From assembly GCF_054482595.1 (NCBI RefSeq), contig NZ_CM137008.1: DNA of 64,000 nt, one strand, 5' to 3'. The position numbers were made by a program, and so were the translations under genes. How positions within the stretch are numbered: position 1 is the stretch's first letter; each line of letters starts with the position of its first letter. The notes under the pieces were generated by a model. The model had not been told where the DNA came from, did no database searches, and was given only the letters and a program-made list of their open reading frames with translations. This document shows positions 32,641 to 45,185 of this stretch, one piece after another.

Positions 32641-32648
32641 TCAGAAGA

Positions 32649-33851
32649 TTAAGAGAACCAGCTGCCGAACCACTGATGGAATTTCATCATCACGAAATCC
32701 CACATCCGACCAAAGAATCCGCCCTCTTCCACATTTTCCATCACGATCAGCGGACGCTGCTCAATGGATTTACCGTTAAGCTGGAAATCAATGGTGCCGA
32801 CAACCTGACCTTTTTTCAGCGGTGCGGTAAGCTGCGGTTCCGTTAACGTGTAGCTCGCCTTCAGGTTTTTCAGCTGCCCACGCGGTATGGTCACTGAGCC
32901 CGCTTCGCCTGCCCCGAGATTCACTTCGCTCTTATCACCAAACCAGACGCGCTGAGTCACAAAGGTGGCATCAGGTTTAATTGGCGTCACGGTTTCAAAG
33001 AAGCGGAAACCCCAGGTCAATAATTTCTCAGACTCATTAAAACGGATACGGTCGGTTTTCGCCCCCAGCACTACGGAGATTAAACGCATATCGCCCTGGG
33101 TAGCCGAAGCAACCAGATTATATCCCGCGCCTGCCGTGGTTCCTGTCTTCATGCCATCAACATTCAGATTGCTGCTCCACAGCAGACGGTTACGGTTAGG
33201 CTGACGAATTTTGTTGAAGGTGAACTCTTTCTCTTTATGAATGGCGTACTCTTCCGGCACATCGTGGATCAATGCTTTACCCAGCAATGCCATATCGCGC
33301 GCGGTACTGAACTGCCCCGGCGCATCCAGACCGTGCACCGTCTGGAAGGTAGTGTTGGTCAGACCCAGTTTTTTGGCATAACCATTCATCAAACCAATAA
33401 ATGACTCCTGGCTCCCGGCAACGTAATCGGCCAGCGCAATACAGGCGTCATTACCGGACTGGATAATCACACCTTTGTTCAAGTCTGCCACCGAAACCTG
33501 ATCGCCCGGTTTGAGGAACATTACCGATGAACCACGCAGTGCCGGATTTCCCGTCGCCCAGGCATCTTTACCGACCGTCACCATATCGGTGAGTTTAATC
33601 TTATCGGCCTTAAGCGCCTGCCCAACCACATAGCTGGTCATGATTTTAGTCAGGCTCGCGGGATCCAGTTTCTCATCCGCATTGCCTTCTGCCAGCACTT
33701 TACCGCTGGCGTAATCCATTAAAATCCATGCACGCGCATCCACGCTCGGCGCTTCAACGGTTTGTTCCGCCGCGAATGCCGTTGGGGCAAAAAGGAATAA
33801 AAATGCAGAACCCGCTGCAAGACCACGAAGGAGAGAGGAGTATTGCGTCAT
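32649..33851 (-). CDS. dacC: D-alanyl-D-alanine carboxypeptidase PBP6
   Basis: ORF 32649..33872; start at [14 protein letters not shown] gives 400 aa; SxxK motif SLTK. Confidence 0.9.
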   Translation of the reverse strand: MTQYSSLLRGLAAGSAFLFLFAPTAFAAEQTVEAPSVDARAWILMDYASGKVLAEGNADEKLDPASLTKIMTSYVVGQALKADKIKLTDMVTVGKDAWATGNPALRGSSVMFLKPGDQVSVADLNKGVIIQSGNDACIALADYVAGSQESFIGLMNGYAKKLGLTNTTFQTVHGLDAPGQFSTARDMALLGKALIHDVPEEYAIHKEKEFTFNKIRQPNRNRLLWSSNLNVDGMKTGTTAGAGYNLVASATQGDMRLISVVLGAKTDRIRFNESEKLLTWGFRFFETVTPIKPDATFVTQRVWFGDKSEVNLGAGEAGSVTIPRGQLKNLKASYTLTEPQLTAPLKKGQVVGTIDFQLNGKSIEQRPLIVMENVEEGGFFGRMWDFVMMKFHQWFGSWFS

Positions 33852-34097
33852 AAATGCCACCCGAGTATCCATTCAAAAAAAATACGTTATATCGCCGTAT
33901 GATAAGTTCGGTGATTAATAACGCACACACAAACTTAAAGAAACCGTAAGTTGGTAAAGTTTTTAAAGTTTATGCAATATCCTGCCGCTTCGCTGCTTCT
34001 GGTGTCATTTTTTTGCCAGCTGTTGCTTAAAAGTTAACTTTACTTCACCATCGGAGTCCTGTTCAGCCTGTGGCTGCCTGTCGGAAAAGGGGTGAGT

Positions 34098-34724
34098 ATG
34101 ATTACGCTGTGGGGTCGGAATAATTCAACCAACGTAAAAAAAGTATTGCTGACGCTCGAAGAACTGGAACTACCTTATGAGCAAATTCTCGCGGGCCGTG
34201 AGTTTGGGATAAATCACGATGCTGATTTTCTGGCGATGAACCCTAACGGGCTGGTGCCGTTGTTGCGTGACGACGAAAGTGATCTCATTCTTTGGGAATC
34301 AAACGCCATTGTCCGCTATCTGGCGGCACAGTACGGGCAAAAACGCCTGTGGATAGACTCACCGGCACGTCGTGCGGAAGCAGAAAAATGGATGGACTGG
34401 GCAAACCAGACACTCAGTAATGCTCATCGCGGGATCCTGATGGGATTAGTCAGAACACCACCCGAAGAGCGCGATCAGGCCGCCATTGATGCCAGTTGCA
34501 AAGAGTGCGACGCCCTGTTTGCCCTGCTCGATGCGGAACTGGCAAAAGTAAAATGGTTCTCTGGCGACGAGTTTGGTGTGGGCGATATTGCTATCGCACC
34601 GTTCATCTACAATTTGTTTAACGTTGGCCTGACCTGGACACCGCGTCCAAATCTGCAACGCTGGTATCAGCAACTCACTGAACGCCCCGCAGTGCGCAAA
34701 GTGGTGATGATTCCCGTTAGCTAA
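34098..34724 (+). CDS. gstB: Glutathione S-transferase GstB
   Basis: ORF 34092..34724; start at [16 protein letters not shown] gives 208 aa. Confidence 0.85.
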
Positions 34725-35836
34725 TTGCGTGGGCTAACTTTAAGTAATTCCCCACTGGACTCGTCGGTGAGAACATATAAATAACCGTCGGGTCCAGTGC
34801 GAACATCACGAATTCGCTGCCCTCTGTCCGTTAAAATACGGCCATCTTCTGTCACTTTGTCGCCGTTGACGCTCATCACAATGACATCTTTATCTTTCAG
34901 CGCGCCAATAAATAATTTTTGCTGCCACTGGGAGAATTTATCGCTGTTATAGAAGGCCATGCCGCTCACGGCGGGCGAATCTTTCCAGTAAAAAACAGGT
35001 TGCTCAGTCCCGGCGACGATCTCCCCTTTCGCTTCCGGTATCTTAAAGCCTGAATAGTTGATTCCCCAGGTTGCCAGCGGCCAGCCGTAGTTTTTGCCTT
35101 TTTGCGGGATATTAATTTCATCACCACCGCGCGGGCCATGTTCATTCAGCCACAGTGCATTACTCCACGGATTCATCGCCATTCCTTGCGGATTACGAAT
35201 GCCATAAGACCAGATCTCGGCGCGCGCACCGGATTCCTTTATAAAAGGATTATCATCCGGGATTTCGCCCTGGTCGGTCAGACGCACCAGTTTGCCCTGT
35301 AATTTATCCAGATCCTGCGCCGTCGGGCGCTGATTGTTTTCGCCCAGAGCAACAAAAAGATAACCTTTACCGTCGAATACCAGCCGCCCGCCAAAATGGT
35401 TGCCGGTAGACAGTTTTGGCATCTGGCGAAAGACGGTGCGGAAGTCGGTCACTTTTGAGAGATCATCACTTAAGCGGCCATACCCCACAGCAGTTCCGGC
35501 TTTGCCATCATCGCCAACTTCGGAATAACTTAACCAGATGCGGCGAGACTGAGCAAAATCAGGCGCTAAAACCACGTCCAGCAGGCCGCCCTGCCCGTGC
35601 GCCCAAACGTCTGGAACTCCGGAAAGCGGCGCAGATAATCCTTTTCCTGCTTGCCAGTGACGCAACTCGCCGCCGCGCAGAGTGATTAACATACCGTGAT
35701 TATCGGGTAAAAAGGCCAGTGCCCAGGGATGGTCGAGTTTGTCTTGCAGTACTTCGACATTTACCGTTGCAGGAGCCGCCCAGAGAGCGGAAGAAAGACA
35801 AATAAGGGGCACAAGGAAAAAGAATTGTCGATGCAT
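34721..35836 (-). CDS. yliI: PQQ-dependent aldose sugar dehydrogenase
   Basis: 371-aa ORF with signal peptide; beta-propeller-like; 4-nt overlap with gstB. Confidence 0.85.
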
Positions 35837-35946
35837 AACGCCTCCGGATTGACTCTGGCTTAAAGCGTAGTCAGTGGAGGAGATAACAAATTCATTTTTA
35901 CAAAAACTTAAACATGAAGGGGGAGACGCTTTCTCCCCCTTAGTTT

Positions 35947-36330
35947 TCAGGCCTTCTCAAGCATGGCGTGCTTCTGCAGGCTCTGGATACTCAGCGTTAA
36001 GCTCATCAGACAATTTTCAAGCTTATCGGCGTTGACGGTAATAACAGTCGGGCAATCATGGTGCCCACTCATCAAACATACTGCGGCTGTCGCTAATGCT
36101 TCTTCAGCATGATGAAGAGCACTCCACTCTTCCTGATCCAGATGAAGATTCAACCGCAGCGATTTATCGTGCAGTTCGCGATTCAGTTTAAAAAAGTTAT
36201 CTCGTAGATGATTGCTTTCGCTGACGGACATGTATCCTTTTGCCTTCCTCAGTTGCACGTATGCAGCGAGGTCAACGCGTGCGTCGATCAACCGGTTCAG
36301 CAGATCGATTCGCTGTCTGTCAACGAACAT
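35947..36330 (-). CDS. bssR: Biofilm regulator BssR
   Basis: ORF 35947..36363; start at MFVDRQRIDLLNRLIDAR gives 127 aa. Confidence 0.8.
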   Translation of the reverse strand: MFVDRQRIDLLNRLIDARVDLAAYVQLRKAKGYMSVSESNHLRDNFFKLNRELHDKSLRLNLHLDQEEWSALHHAEEALATAAVCLMSGHHDCPTVITVNADKLENCLMSLTLSIQSLQKHAMLEKA

Positions 36331-36542
36331 ACTTCGATCCTCCTCTTTCCAGCCTTGTTGCAATTAAATAGTATGGCTATTTTTTGAGCAAAATGCTGTC
36401 CAGGATCAATTCTTCACGCCGAATTAACAAAATTTACATTTCCTTCGCCTCCGCCAGCGAATGAGATTGCGATACAAATTTTATCCAGAACTCTGTAGAA
36501 TCCCTGCCCTGACCTTTCCTGTAACTGAATATTTTTTAAGCT

Positions 36543-37868
36543 ATGAGCAAAGTAACTCCCCAGCCGAAAATCGGCTTTGTTTCCCTTGGCTGTCCGAAAA
36601 ACCTTGTCGATTCAGAGCGTATTCTCACCGAACTACGCACTGAAGGTTATGACGTGGTACCGAGCTATGACGATGCGGACATGGTGATCGTCAACACCTG
36701 CGGCTTTATTGACAGCGCGGTACAAGAATCACTGGAAGCCATTGGTGAAGCGTTGAATGAAAACGGCAAGGTAATTGTGACCGGTTGTCTGGGGGCAAAA
36801 GAAGATCAGATCCGCGAAGTCCACCCGAAAGTGCTGGAAATCACCGGGCCTCATAGCTATGAGCAGGTTCTGGAGCACGTTCATCACTACGTGCCAAAAC
36901 CGAAACACAACCCATTCCTGAGCCTGGTGCCAGAACAAGGTGTCAAACTGACGCCGCGTCATTATGCCTATCTGAAAATTTCTGAAGGCTGTAATCACCG
37001 CTGCACCTTCTGCATTATTCCGTCTATGCGCGGCGACCTGGTGAGCCGTCCGATTGGCGAAGTGTTAAGTGAAGCGAAACGTCTGGTAGATGCGGGCGTT
37101 AAAGAGATTCTGGTGATCTCGCAGGATACTTCCGCCTATGGCGTTGATGTTAAACATCGTACTGGCTTCCACAACGGCGAGCCGGTAAAAACCAGCATGG
37201 TCAGCCTGTGCGAACAGTTATCGAAACTGGGGATCTGGACACGTCTGCACTACGTTTACCCTTATCCGCATGTGGACGACGTCATCCCACTGATGGCAGA
37301 AGGCAAAATCCTGCCGTATCTGGACATTCCGTTGCAGCACGCCAGCCCGCGCATTCTCAAACTGATGAAGCGTCCGGGTTCTGTAGATCGCCAACTGGCG
37401 CGCATCAAACAGTGGCGCGAAATCTGCCCGGAACTGACCCTACGCTCAACCTTTATTGTCGGCTTCCCTGGCGAGACGGAAGAAGATTTCCAGATGCTAC
37501 TCGACTTCCTGAAAGAAGCGCGTCTGGATCGCGTTGGCTGCTTTAAATACAGCCCGGTTGAAGGTGCAGACGCCAATGCCCTGCCTGACCAGGTTCCGGA
37601 AGAAGTGAAAGAAGAACGCTGGAACCGTTTCATGCAGTTGCAGCAGCAGATTTCCGCCGAGCGCCTGCAAGAGAAAGTGGGCCGTGAAATTCTGGTGATT
37701 ATCGACGAAGTGGACGAAGAAGGCGCGATTGGTCGCAGCATGGCAGATGCACCGGAAATCGACGGCGCGGTTTATCTCAATGGTGAAACCAACGTTAAGC
37801 CGGGTGATATCCTGCGTGTGAAAATCGAGCACGCCGATGAGTACGATTTGTGGGGTAGCCGGGTTTAA
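36543..37868 (+). CDS. rimO: Ribosomal protein S12 methylthiotransferase (radical SAM)
   Basis: 441-aa ORF; radical-[11 protein letters not shown] cluster; synteny. Confidence 0.9.
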   Translation: MSKVTPQPKIGFVSLGCPKNLVDSERILTELRTEGYDVVPSYDDADMVIVNTCGFIDSAVQESLEAIGEALNENGKVIVTGCLGAKEDQIREVHPKVLEITGPHSYEQVLEHVHHYVPKPKHNPFLSLVPEQGVKLTPRHYAYLKISEGCNHRCTFCIIPSMRGDLVSRPIGEVLSEAKRLVDAGVKEILVISQDTSAYGVDVKHRTGFHNGEPVKTSMVSLCEQLSKLGIWTRLHYVYPYPHVDDVIPLMAEGKILPYLDIPLQHASPRILKLMKRPGSVDRQLARIKQWREICPELTLRSTFIVGFPGETEEDFQMLLDFLKEARLDRVGCFKYSPVEGADANALPDQVPEEVKEERWNRFMQLQQQISAERLQEKVGREILVIIDEVDEEGAIGRSMADAPEIDGAVYLNGETNVKPGDILRVKIEHADEYDLWGSRV

Positions 37869-37914
37869 TTATTTCAGGCCGGGCAAAATCATTTGTCCGG
37901 CCTGCGAATAATGA

Positions 37915-39243
37915 TTACTGCCAGCTAATCTGTGCCCTGCCGTTTTTCTTACTCTTATACAGCCGCTCATCCGCCAGCATTTTCAAGCGTTCGACGGTAG
38001 GACATTCATTTGAATGCGCTACACCGATACTGGTGCTTAAATTAATGCTTCCCACCTGGAAATGAACGATTTCTTTTAGAATCGATAGCAACTCTTCCAG
38101 CGTTCCACCCGTATAAATCACCGCAAATTCGTCACCGCCGAAGCGGTAGACTTTACCTTTATCTACCGGGATCTGTGATTTAAGGATTTTCACCACTTTC
38201 ATCAACACTTCATCACCCAGCAAATGACCGAAGGTGTCGTTAATGTTTTTGAATTTATCGACGTCAAACAGGCACAAATAACCGCCTTTTTCCGGCAGCG
38301 CTTTTAAATCTTCGTCAAAGGATTTTCTGCCCATTGCTTTGGTCAGGTCGTCCAGGAACGCCGAGTTATACATACTGTAGAGTTTTTTGACATCGGCAGC
38401 CGAAAAGAAAAGCCCGCCATCCAGTACGCGTTCAAAATGGTTATTAATAATGGCTTCTTTCTCCACAATACCACGATTAATCACTCTGCGTACCAGATAG
38501 AGGCAACTGGTACCCGATATCACTGCCACCAATGCGGCAAAGAAAATAATCAATGTACAAACCCGCAAATAAACATCTTTTTTATACGCAAATACGTACA
38601 ATCCGGTCGGCAAATAGGCGAAGTGCTCCATCGCTTCCGAAACGGTGAAGATGGCGTTTTTAGCATTATATTCATCACCGGTCACCGGTTTACCGTTCTT
38701 AAACAGAGAGAACATCAGGTTCTCGCTATCCATCGCCAGAGATTTTGACAGTAAAGAAAAACGCTCCAGACCAAGCAAAAATATCAGACTACGATTGTGA
38801 GTTACCGGATAGAGGTAATAGACGAAGGTTTTACCGTCAAAAGAGATAAACCCTGTATTTTTGACATGTCGATACTTCACAACCTGCATAATATCTGCAC
38901 AATAATTTTTCTCGAACTCCTTTACCTGAATACATTCGTCACTGGAAATCAGATAAGGACCGACATCGTACAAATAAGAGGGTGAAACCGAGTCGGCGTA
39001 AGCTGTGCGTAAGCCAACCAACAGCTGTTCCTCCGTGGGATTTAGCGTGTTGATAAGATCAATTGCCACGCTACGCCGATATTCAGCAATATTTGCCACC
39101 GCAAAAGCAGTATCAATAACGGACTGTTTCAGGCTATACACCCGTTCCTTTACCATTTGAGTGTAGATCCCGCAGGCAACTGCTGAAATCATGATAAAAA
39201 TCAGCAGACTGACTGTAAGTACGAACTTATTGATTCTGGACAT
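37915..39243 (-). CDS. dgcI: Diguanylate cyclase (GGDEF)
   Basis: 442-aa ORF with N-terminal membrane region and GGDEF motif RFGGDEF. Confidence 0.85.
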   Translation of the reverse strand: MSRINKFVLTVSLLIFIMISAVACGIYTQMVKERVYSLKQSVIDTAFAVANIAEYRRSVAIDLINTLNPTEEQLLVGLRTAYADSVSPSYLYDVGPYLISSDECIQVKEFEKNYCADIMQVVKYRHVKNTGFISFDGKTFVYYLYPVTHNRSLIFLLGLERFSLLSKSLAMDSENLMFSLFKNGKPVTGDEYNAKNAIFTVSEAMEHFAYLPTGLYVFAYKKDVYLRVCTLIIFFAALVAVISGTSCLYLVRRVINRGIVEKEAIINNHFERVLDGGLFFSAADVKKLYSMYNSAFLDDLTKAMGRKSFDEDLKALPEKGGYLCLFDVDKFKNINDTFGHLLGDEVLMKVVKILKSQIPVDKGKVYRFGGDEFAVIYTGGTLEELLSILKEIVHFQVGSINLSTSIGVAHSNECPTVERLKMLADERLYKSKKNGRAQISWQ

Positions 39244-39250
39244 ACGTAAA

Positions 39251-41599
39251 CTACTCTTTTACTAATTTTCCACTTTTATCCCAGGCGGAGAATGGCATGG
39301 GTTTCTGGTACAGATACCCCTGAGCCTGAACACATCCTAATTTGATTAATTCGCGCGCAACGTCTTCGCTCTCTACGCCTTCCGCAATCACCGGGATCCG
39401 GTTATAGCGTGCCAGGTCGAAAATAATGCGCACAATTTTTCCCGCAGTACCGAAAATATCGCCGGTAAATTGCGAGTCCACCTTTATGCTGTCTGGATTA
39501 ATTTCATAAAAACGTTTCAGGTTTGACAAACCGGTGCCAAAGTCATCAATCGATATCCGTACCCCTTGTTTACGCAATTGTTCAATATTGAGATAAAAAT
39601 GTTCATTAATTCGTTCGATTACGGTTTCAGTGATCTCAACACAGAGGCTGTTCGCCTTCAGGCCATTTTCTTTCATAATGGTGGTAAAACGCTCATGAAA
39701 GTGTGGTTCGTTTAACTGCCAGGGCGAAACATTAATATGCAGTAAGAAATCATCCTTCAGCGACGCACGCTGACTAAAATGTCTGAATTCACCCATTGCC
39801 GTTTTAATAATCTGATAACCCAGCTCATTGATAAACCCGATATCTTCAGCAATGGTAATGAACTTCAGCGGTGAAATGATCCCCCGCTCCGCAGACACCC
39901 AACGGCACAACGCCTCCGCGCCCAGAATGGCGCGGGTGTTAATATCAACGATCGGTTGATAGACGAGGAATAGTTCGCCAATTTCCATTGCATGGCGAAT
40001 ATTACGCGCAATCCAGATATTCTCTTCTATTTCGTTGAGTTTCGCGTCATCACAGAAAATAAACTCGGAGAACATATGGTCACGGATACTGGAAATCGCC
40101 AGTTTCAGTTTTTCTGCGTAACTCCAGGCGTTTTCCCCCTGCAAAGGTTCACAAATGGCAGACTTATGGATGCGCAGATTGCGGTAGCCAAAGCTGCTGT
40201 CAAAATCGTTTACCATCGCTATTTTACGGGTAAATGTCTGTACATTTTCCCGACACAGAAGTAAATAGAGATCGGCATTGAATGTCACGATATCGCAGCA
40301 TTGTGCATATTTCTCGGCAATTCGCTGACACAATTTCCTGACGATTTTATTGCGTTCATCAACACCAAACACCGCTTCCACGGCTTCCAGACCACACAGT
40401 TTGATGATCCCCACAGCCAGATACTGATTATTGTTGGACTCAATAATCGCCATATTTTTAATAAACCCACTTTCCTGATCGTAAGAGATCAGTGAGAGCA
40501 ATTTATTTGACCGTTCAATTTCGGCATCTTTCATTTCCGCGATCGAATTTTTGATGCTGATAATCTCTTTCGCATCGCCTTCGCGAATTTTCAGAGCCTC
40601 GATCTGATCCGTTGAGTCAGGCAAAAACGCCAGCGTATTAACCAGCTCTGTCATTTCAGAAAATTGCCGACGGAACACACGAGTGGTCAGTAAATAAACC
40701 ACCAGCAATACGATAATAATGAACGCAAACGGCAGATAAAAAAGTTTATCTGATGCGTTCAATAAATTACCGCCCGGATAATAAAAATAGATTTCGAATA
40801 ATGCGTTATTTGGCACCGCTGATGTTTTTTCGATATATTCAGTATCGACAGAATCAATAATATTATAATTACCTTCGCTATTATAAATAATCAGTTTTTC
40901 ACGAGCGAGTTGATTCTTGGCAATGATCTCATGGCCTTGTTTCAAAAATAGAACTTCATCATTAGCGCTGATTTGATCAAGATACTCGTTCAGATATCGC
41001 CAGTTTAAATCGACATGAATTTTATCCACCGCTAACAAATCGTGATCTTTGCCGTTGATGCGTAGCGTAAAAGAGATACATTTTTTACCCGGACGATCAA
41101 AGCAATTGTATGCCGGATTCCAGCTGTTGTTAGAGTCATCTGAAGCCACCGACCACGGTCGTTTCGATGGGTTAAAATCGGCAAAAATAACCCGCCCTGA
41201 CTCGTCGACAAGCGGTCCATTTACTTGTTCCTGATGATAAACAACGATTTTATCGTTCGCCCTCCGCGAAAAGAGATAATATTTATTATCATCAAGTACC
41301 AGTCCCACCGAGTCTAAAAATGGCATCATTTCCATTTTCAGGATCACAGCGCGTTGAATCTCCTCTGTATTTTTTAATAAATACAGTGAGTCCTTTAATG
41401 TCAGGGCCGAACGTTCAATATCTTTAAAGAAATAGCCAACGTTTTTCTGAATAAGTTCAAAGCGGCTATCGGCACGTTTTACCGCGCGTTCCGATACCAG
41501 TTGATAGTTAATGATGAAAAAAAGGCCAATAAATGACAGTGCTGCCAATAAAAATAAAATTATCAGCCTTATCTTTATCTTTTCGTATAAACTCAGCAT
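39251..41599 (-). CDS. pdeI: c-di-GMP phosphodiesterase (EAL, periplasmic sensor domain)
   Basis: 782-aa ORF, two transmembrane segments, C-terminal EAL domain; adjacent to dgcI. Confidence 0.85.
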   Translation of the reverse strand: MLSLYEKIKIRLIILFLLAALSFIGLFFIINYQLVSERAVKRADSRFELIQKNVGYFFKDIERSALTLKDSLYLLKNTEEIQRAVILKMEMMPFLDSVGLVLDDNKYYLFSRRANDKIVVYHQEQVNGPLVDESGRVIFADFNPSKRPWSVASDDSNNSWNPAYNCFDRPGKKCISFTLRINGKDHDLLAVDKIHVDLNWRYLNEYLDQISANDEVLFLKQGHEIIAKNQLAREKLIIYNSEGNYNIIDSVDTEYIEKTSAVPNNALFEIYFYYPGGNLLNASDKLFYLPFAFIIIVLLVVYLLTTRVFRRQFSEMTELVNTLAFLPDSTDQIEALKIREGDAKEIISIKNSIAEMKDAEIERSNKLLSLISYDQESGFIKNMAIIESNNNQYLAVGIIKLCGLEAVEAVFGVDERNKIVRKLCQRIAEKYAQCCDIVTFNADLYLLLCRENVQTFTRKIAMVNDFDSSFGYRNLRIHKSAICEPLQGENAWSYAEKLKLAISSIRDHMFSEFIFCDDAKLNEIEENIWIARNIRHAMEIGELFLVYQPIVDINTRAILGAEALCRWVSAERGIISPLKFITIAEDIGFINELGYQIIKTAMGEFRHFSQRASLKDDFLLHINVSPWQLNEPHFHERFTTIMKENGLKANSLCVEITETVIERINEHFYLNIEQLRKQGVRISIDDFGTGLSNLKRFYEINPDSIKVDSQFTGDIFGTAGKIVRIIFDLARYNRIPVIAEGVESEDVARELIKLGCVQAQGYLYQKPMPFSAWDKSGKLVKE

Positions 41600-41775
41600 G
41601 TTAATACATTTAACAAAATAACTGTCTGAACGCTGTGCCGCTGCAAAAACAGTCCCTTGCTGCGGCTTTTAACCAAATTACCCGATTCTACAAAATCAGC
41701 AGAAAGTTACAACACTTGCTTAGGGCAATAATTTCCTGTGAGGTGATTACTCTTTCAAGCAATATTCAAACGTAA

Positions 41776-42687
41776 CTATCCTTTAATTTTCGGATCCAGC
41801 GCATCGCGTAAACCATCGCCCAACAAATTGAACGCCAGTACAGTCAGAAAAATAGCCAGGGCCGGAAAAACAGCGACATGCGGCGCGATAACCATATCCG
41901 CTCGAGCCTCATTGAGCATTGCTCCCCACTCTGGTGTCGGCGGCTGCGCACCGAGGCCGAGAAATGACAGGCTGGCGGCAGAGATAATCGAAGTGCCAAT
42001 GCGCATGGTGAAAAACACCACGATAGACGAGACGGTCCCAGGCAAGATATGACGCAATAAAATGGTCATATCGCTGGCACCAATACTGCGTGCTGACTCA
42101 ATAAAGGTTTGCTGTTTCAACACCAGCGTGTTGCCGCGCACCAGGCGGGCAAACGCGGGGATGGAAAAAATGGCGACTGCAATAATCACGTTAGCAATGC
42201 CGCTTCCCAACACCGCAACAACAGCGATCGCCAGTAAAATACCCGGGAAGGCAAACAGCACATCGCAAATGCGCATGATCAGCCGATCCCACCAGCCTTC
42301 ATAATATCCAGCCAGCAAGCCCAGCAACGTCCCTATCGCCGCACCGATAAACACGGCAAACACGCCCGCAGCCAGCGAGATTTGCGCACCAACCAGGACA
42401 CGGCTGAAAATGTCGCGCCCCAGTGAATCGACGCCAAACCAGTGCTGCAAAGAAGGTCCGTTATTCAGATTGTCATAATCAAAATAATTTTCGGCGTCAT
42501 AGGGAGCGATCCAGCGTGCAAAAATGGCCACCATAATCAATAAAATAACGAATAATGCGGCGGTCATCGCCATATGCTGACGGCGAAATCGTCGCCAGAA
42601 TTCATGCCACGGTGTACGTACCTGGTCAGGTTTGACCAGTGGCATGGCGTTTAACACCGCCTGACGTCGCCAGTTAAATAGTCGCAT
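41776..42687 (-). CDS. gsiD: Glutathione ABC transporter permease
   Basis: 303-aa permease ORF; synteny. Confidence 0.9.
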   Translation of the reverse strand: MRLFNWRRQAVLNAMPLVKPDQVRTPWHEFWRRFRRQHMAMTAALFVILLIMVAIFARWIAPYDAENYFDYDNLNNGPSLQHWFGVDSLGRDIFSRVLVGAQISLAAGVFAVFIGAAIGTLLGLLAGYYEGWWDRLIMRICDVLFAFPGILLAIAVVAVLGSGIANVIIAVAIFSIPAFARLVRGNTLVLKQQTFIESARSIGASDMTILLRHILPGTVSSIVVFFTMRIGTSIISAASLSFLGLGAQPPTPEWGAMLNEARADMVIAPHVAVFPALAIFLTVLAFNLLGDGLRDALDPKIKG

Positions 42688-42689
42688 CC

Positions 42690-43610
42690 TTACTTGTACC
42701 TGATAGCCGGGTTAATGGCGGCGTAAAGCACATCCACCACTAAGTTGATAAGAATAAATTCCAGCGAGAAAAGCAGAATTTCCGCCTGAATCACCGGGTA
42801 ATCGCGCATTTCTACGGAGTCAACGAGTAAGCGTCCAAGTCCGGGCCAGTTGAAAACTTTCTCCACCACGATAGAACCACCGAGCAAAAAGCCAAACTGT
42901 AAGCCCATCATGGTCACTACCGGGATCATCGCGTTACGTAGCCCGTGTTTGAGGACAACCCAGGTTTCGCTCACCCCTTTCGCCCTCGCGGTACGCATAT
43001 AATCTTCGCTTAAAACGTCGACAAACGACGCGCGGGTAAAGCGCGCCATCACGGCGGCCACTGCCGCGCCGAGCGTCAGGGAGGGTAAAATGTAGTGCTG
43101 CCAACTGTCTGCTCCCACGGTAGGCAGCCAGCCCAGTTCAACGGAGAATACCTGAATTAAAAGCATCCCCAGAGCAAATGCCGGAAACGAGATCCCCGAC
43201 ACCGCAATGGTCATACTCAATCGATCCGGCCAACGATTACGCCAGACGGCGGCGATAATTCCCGCCGCCATACCAAATATCACCGCCCAGACCATACTGG
43301 TTATGGTCAGCCACAGCGTTGGCATAAAGCGGCTGGCAATCTCATCGGCAACCGGACGACGCGACACCATCGACAGGCCAAAATCCCCCTGCACAGCATT
43401 GCTGATATAGTGCCAGAACTGGTGATACAGCGGCTGATCCAACCCCAGCTGCTGACGCACCAGTTCTATAACCTGCGCATCAGCTTCGGGCCCGGCAATC
43501 AATCGCGCCGGATCGCCGGGCAGCATATGCACAAATAAAAACACCAGCACCGAGACGATAAACAGCGTCGGAATCAACCCCAGTAATCGTTTGATAACGT
43601 AATTAAGCAT
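42690..43610 (-). CDS. gsiC: Glutathione ABC transporter permease
   Basis: 306-aa permease ORF; synteny. Confidence 0.9.
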   Translation of the reverse strand: MLNYVIKRLLGLIPTLFIVSVLVFLFVHMLPGDPARLIAGPEADAQVIELVRQQLGLDQPLYHQFWHYISNAVQGDFGLSMVSRRPVADEIASRFMPTLWLTITSMVWAVIFGMAAGIIAAVWRNRWPDRLSMTIAVSGISFPAFALGMLLIQVFSVELGWLPTVGADSWQHYILPSLTLGAAVAAVMARFTRASFVDVLSEDYMRTARAKGVSETWVVLKHGLRNAMIPVVTMMGLQFGFLLGGSIVVEKVFNWPGLGRLLVDSVEMRDYPVIQAEILLFSLEFILINLVVDVLYAAINPAIRYK

Positions 43611-43627
43611 TCCACTCCCTGCGTTGC

Positions 43628-45166
43628 TTATTGCAAATCCGCGTCTTCAAAGCTGAAGCCGGTGTCTGGCATGATCCAAAAACCGGTCAGGTTTTTACTG
43701 TGTGCCGACACCAGTTTTTCTACCACCAGCGGGATCCACGGCGACTCTTGCCAGATGATATCCTGCGCCGCCTTATACAAGCGGGTCTTTTCCGCCGGAT
43801 CATTAGTTTTCAGTGCCTGAGCCAGGAAGTCATCCACCTGTTTATTGCTGTAAAACGCGGTATTAAACAGCGTCGGTGGCCAGTTCTGCGAGGCAAACAG
43901 CGGCGATAGTGCCCAGTCCGCTTCGCCGGTTGAAGCCGACCAGCCAGTGTAGAACATCCGCACGCCGCTCTCTTTTTGCCCTTTACCTTCAACTTCTGCC
44001 GCCCGCTGTCCGGCATCCATCGCAGTCACCTGGGCTTTAATCCCGACCTGCGCTAACTGCTGCTGGGTAAATTGCAGCACTTTCTGCGCGGTGCTGTGGT
44101 TATGTGACGACCACAGCGTGGTATTGAAACCATTGGGATATCCCGCCTCTTTCAGTAATTCGCGCGCTTTCACTGGATCGTAAGGCCACGGTTTATAACT
44201 TTGCGCGTAGGCGATACTCGGCGGTACCACACCAGTAGCTGGCGTTGCATAGCCCGCGAAGGCCACTTTCACCAGCGCCGGACGGTTAATGGCGTAATTC
44301 AGCGCCTCACGGACCTTCGGGTTATCGAATGGCTTTTGCGTCACGTTCATACTGATATAACGCTGCATAATTGACGGACTGGCCATCAACTCGATATTTT
44401 TGTTTTTCTCCAGCAGTGCGGCCTGCTCGTAAGGAATGGGGAAAGCAAACTGCGCTTCACCGGTTTGCAGCATTGCCGCGCGGGTGTTGTTATCCGCCAC
44501 CGGACGCCAGGTTATGCTGTCCAGTTTGGGCAATCCTGGCTGCCAGTAACCCGCGAATTTTTTCACCTTCACAAAATCAGTCTGATTCCAGGTATCCAGT
44601 TCATACGGTCCGGTTCCCACCGGATGAAAACCAATCTCCTTGCCATATTTTTCCAGCGCTGCCGGTGAAATCATCGCGGTCGCCGGATGGGCAAGAATAT
44701 TAATAAACGCTGAGAACGGCTGTTTGAGGGTAATCTTTACCGTTGTCGGATCGATCGCTTCCGTTTTAGCAATATTCTTATACAGGTTATAGCGTTTAAG
44801 ATGATTTGCCGGATCGCTGGCCCGGTCCAGATTCGCTTTCACCGCTGCGGCGTTGAAATCGGTGCCATCCTGGAATTTAATGCCTTCCCGCAATTTCACG
44901 GTGTAAGTAATGCCGTCATCGGAAACGGTATAACTCTCCGCCAGCACGTTTTTCAGTTTCATCTCTTTATCCAGACCGAACAGCCCCTGGTAAAACGATT
45001 TCGCTACGGCCTGAGATAACGTGTCATTCGCGTCATACGGATCGAGCGTGGTGAAATTCGATCCTACCGCCACCACCACATCTTTGGCAGCGAATGCACA
45101 AGATGCCATCAACGCTGTCGCAATGCCCAGCGCCACTAACCCACTACGGTGTACAGCTCTTGCCAT
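43628..45166 (-). CDS. gsiB: Glutathione-binding periplasmic protein
   Basis: ORF 43628..45433; start at [26 protein letters not shown] signal peptide gives 512 aa. Confidence 0.9.
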   Translation of the reverse strand: MARAVHRSGLVALGIATALMASCAFAAKDVVVAVGSNFTTLDPYDANDTLSQAVAKSFYQGLFGLDKEMKLKNVLAESYTVSDDGITYTVKLREGIKFQDGTDFNAAAVKANLDRASDPANHLKRYNLYKNIAKTEAIDPTTVKITLKQPFSAFINILAHPATAMISPAALEKYGKEIGFHPVGTGPYELDTWNQTDFVKVKKFAGYWQPGLPKLDSITWRPVADNNTRAAMLQTGEAQFAFPIPYEQAALLEKNKNIELMASPSIMQRYISMNVTQKPFDNPKVREALNYAINRPALVKVAFAGYATPATGVVPPSIAYAQSYKPWPYDPVKARELLKEAGYPNGFNTTLWSSHNHSTAQKVLQFTQQQLAQVGIKAQVTAMDAGQRAAEVEGKGQKESGVRMFYTGWSASTGEADWALSPLFASQNWPPTLFNTAFYSNKQVDDFLAQALKTNDPAEKTRLYKAAQDIIWQESPWIPLVVEKLVSAHSKNLTGFWIMPDTGFSFEDADLQ

Positions 45167-45185
45167 TTTATTCTCCGCCTGAATG

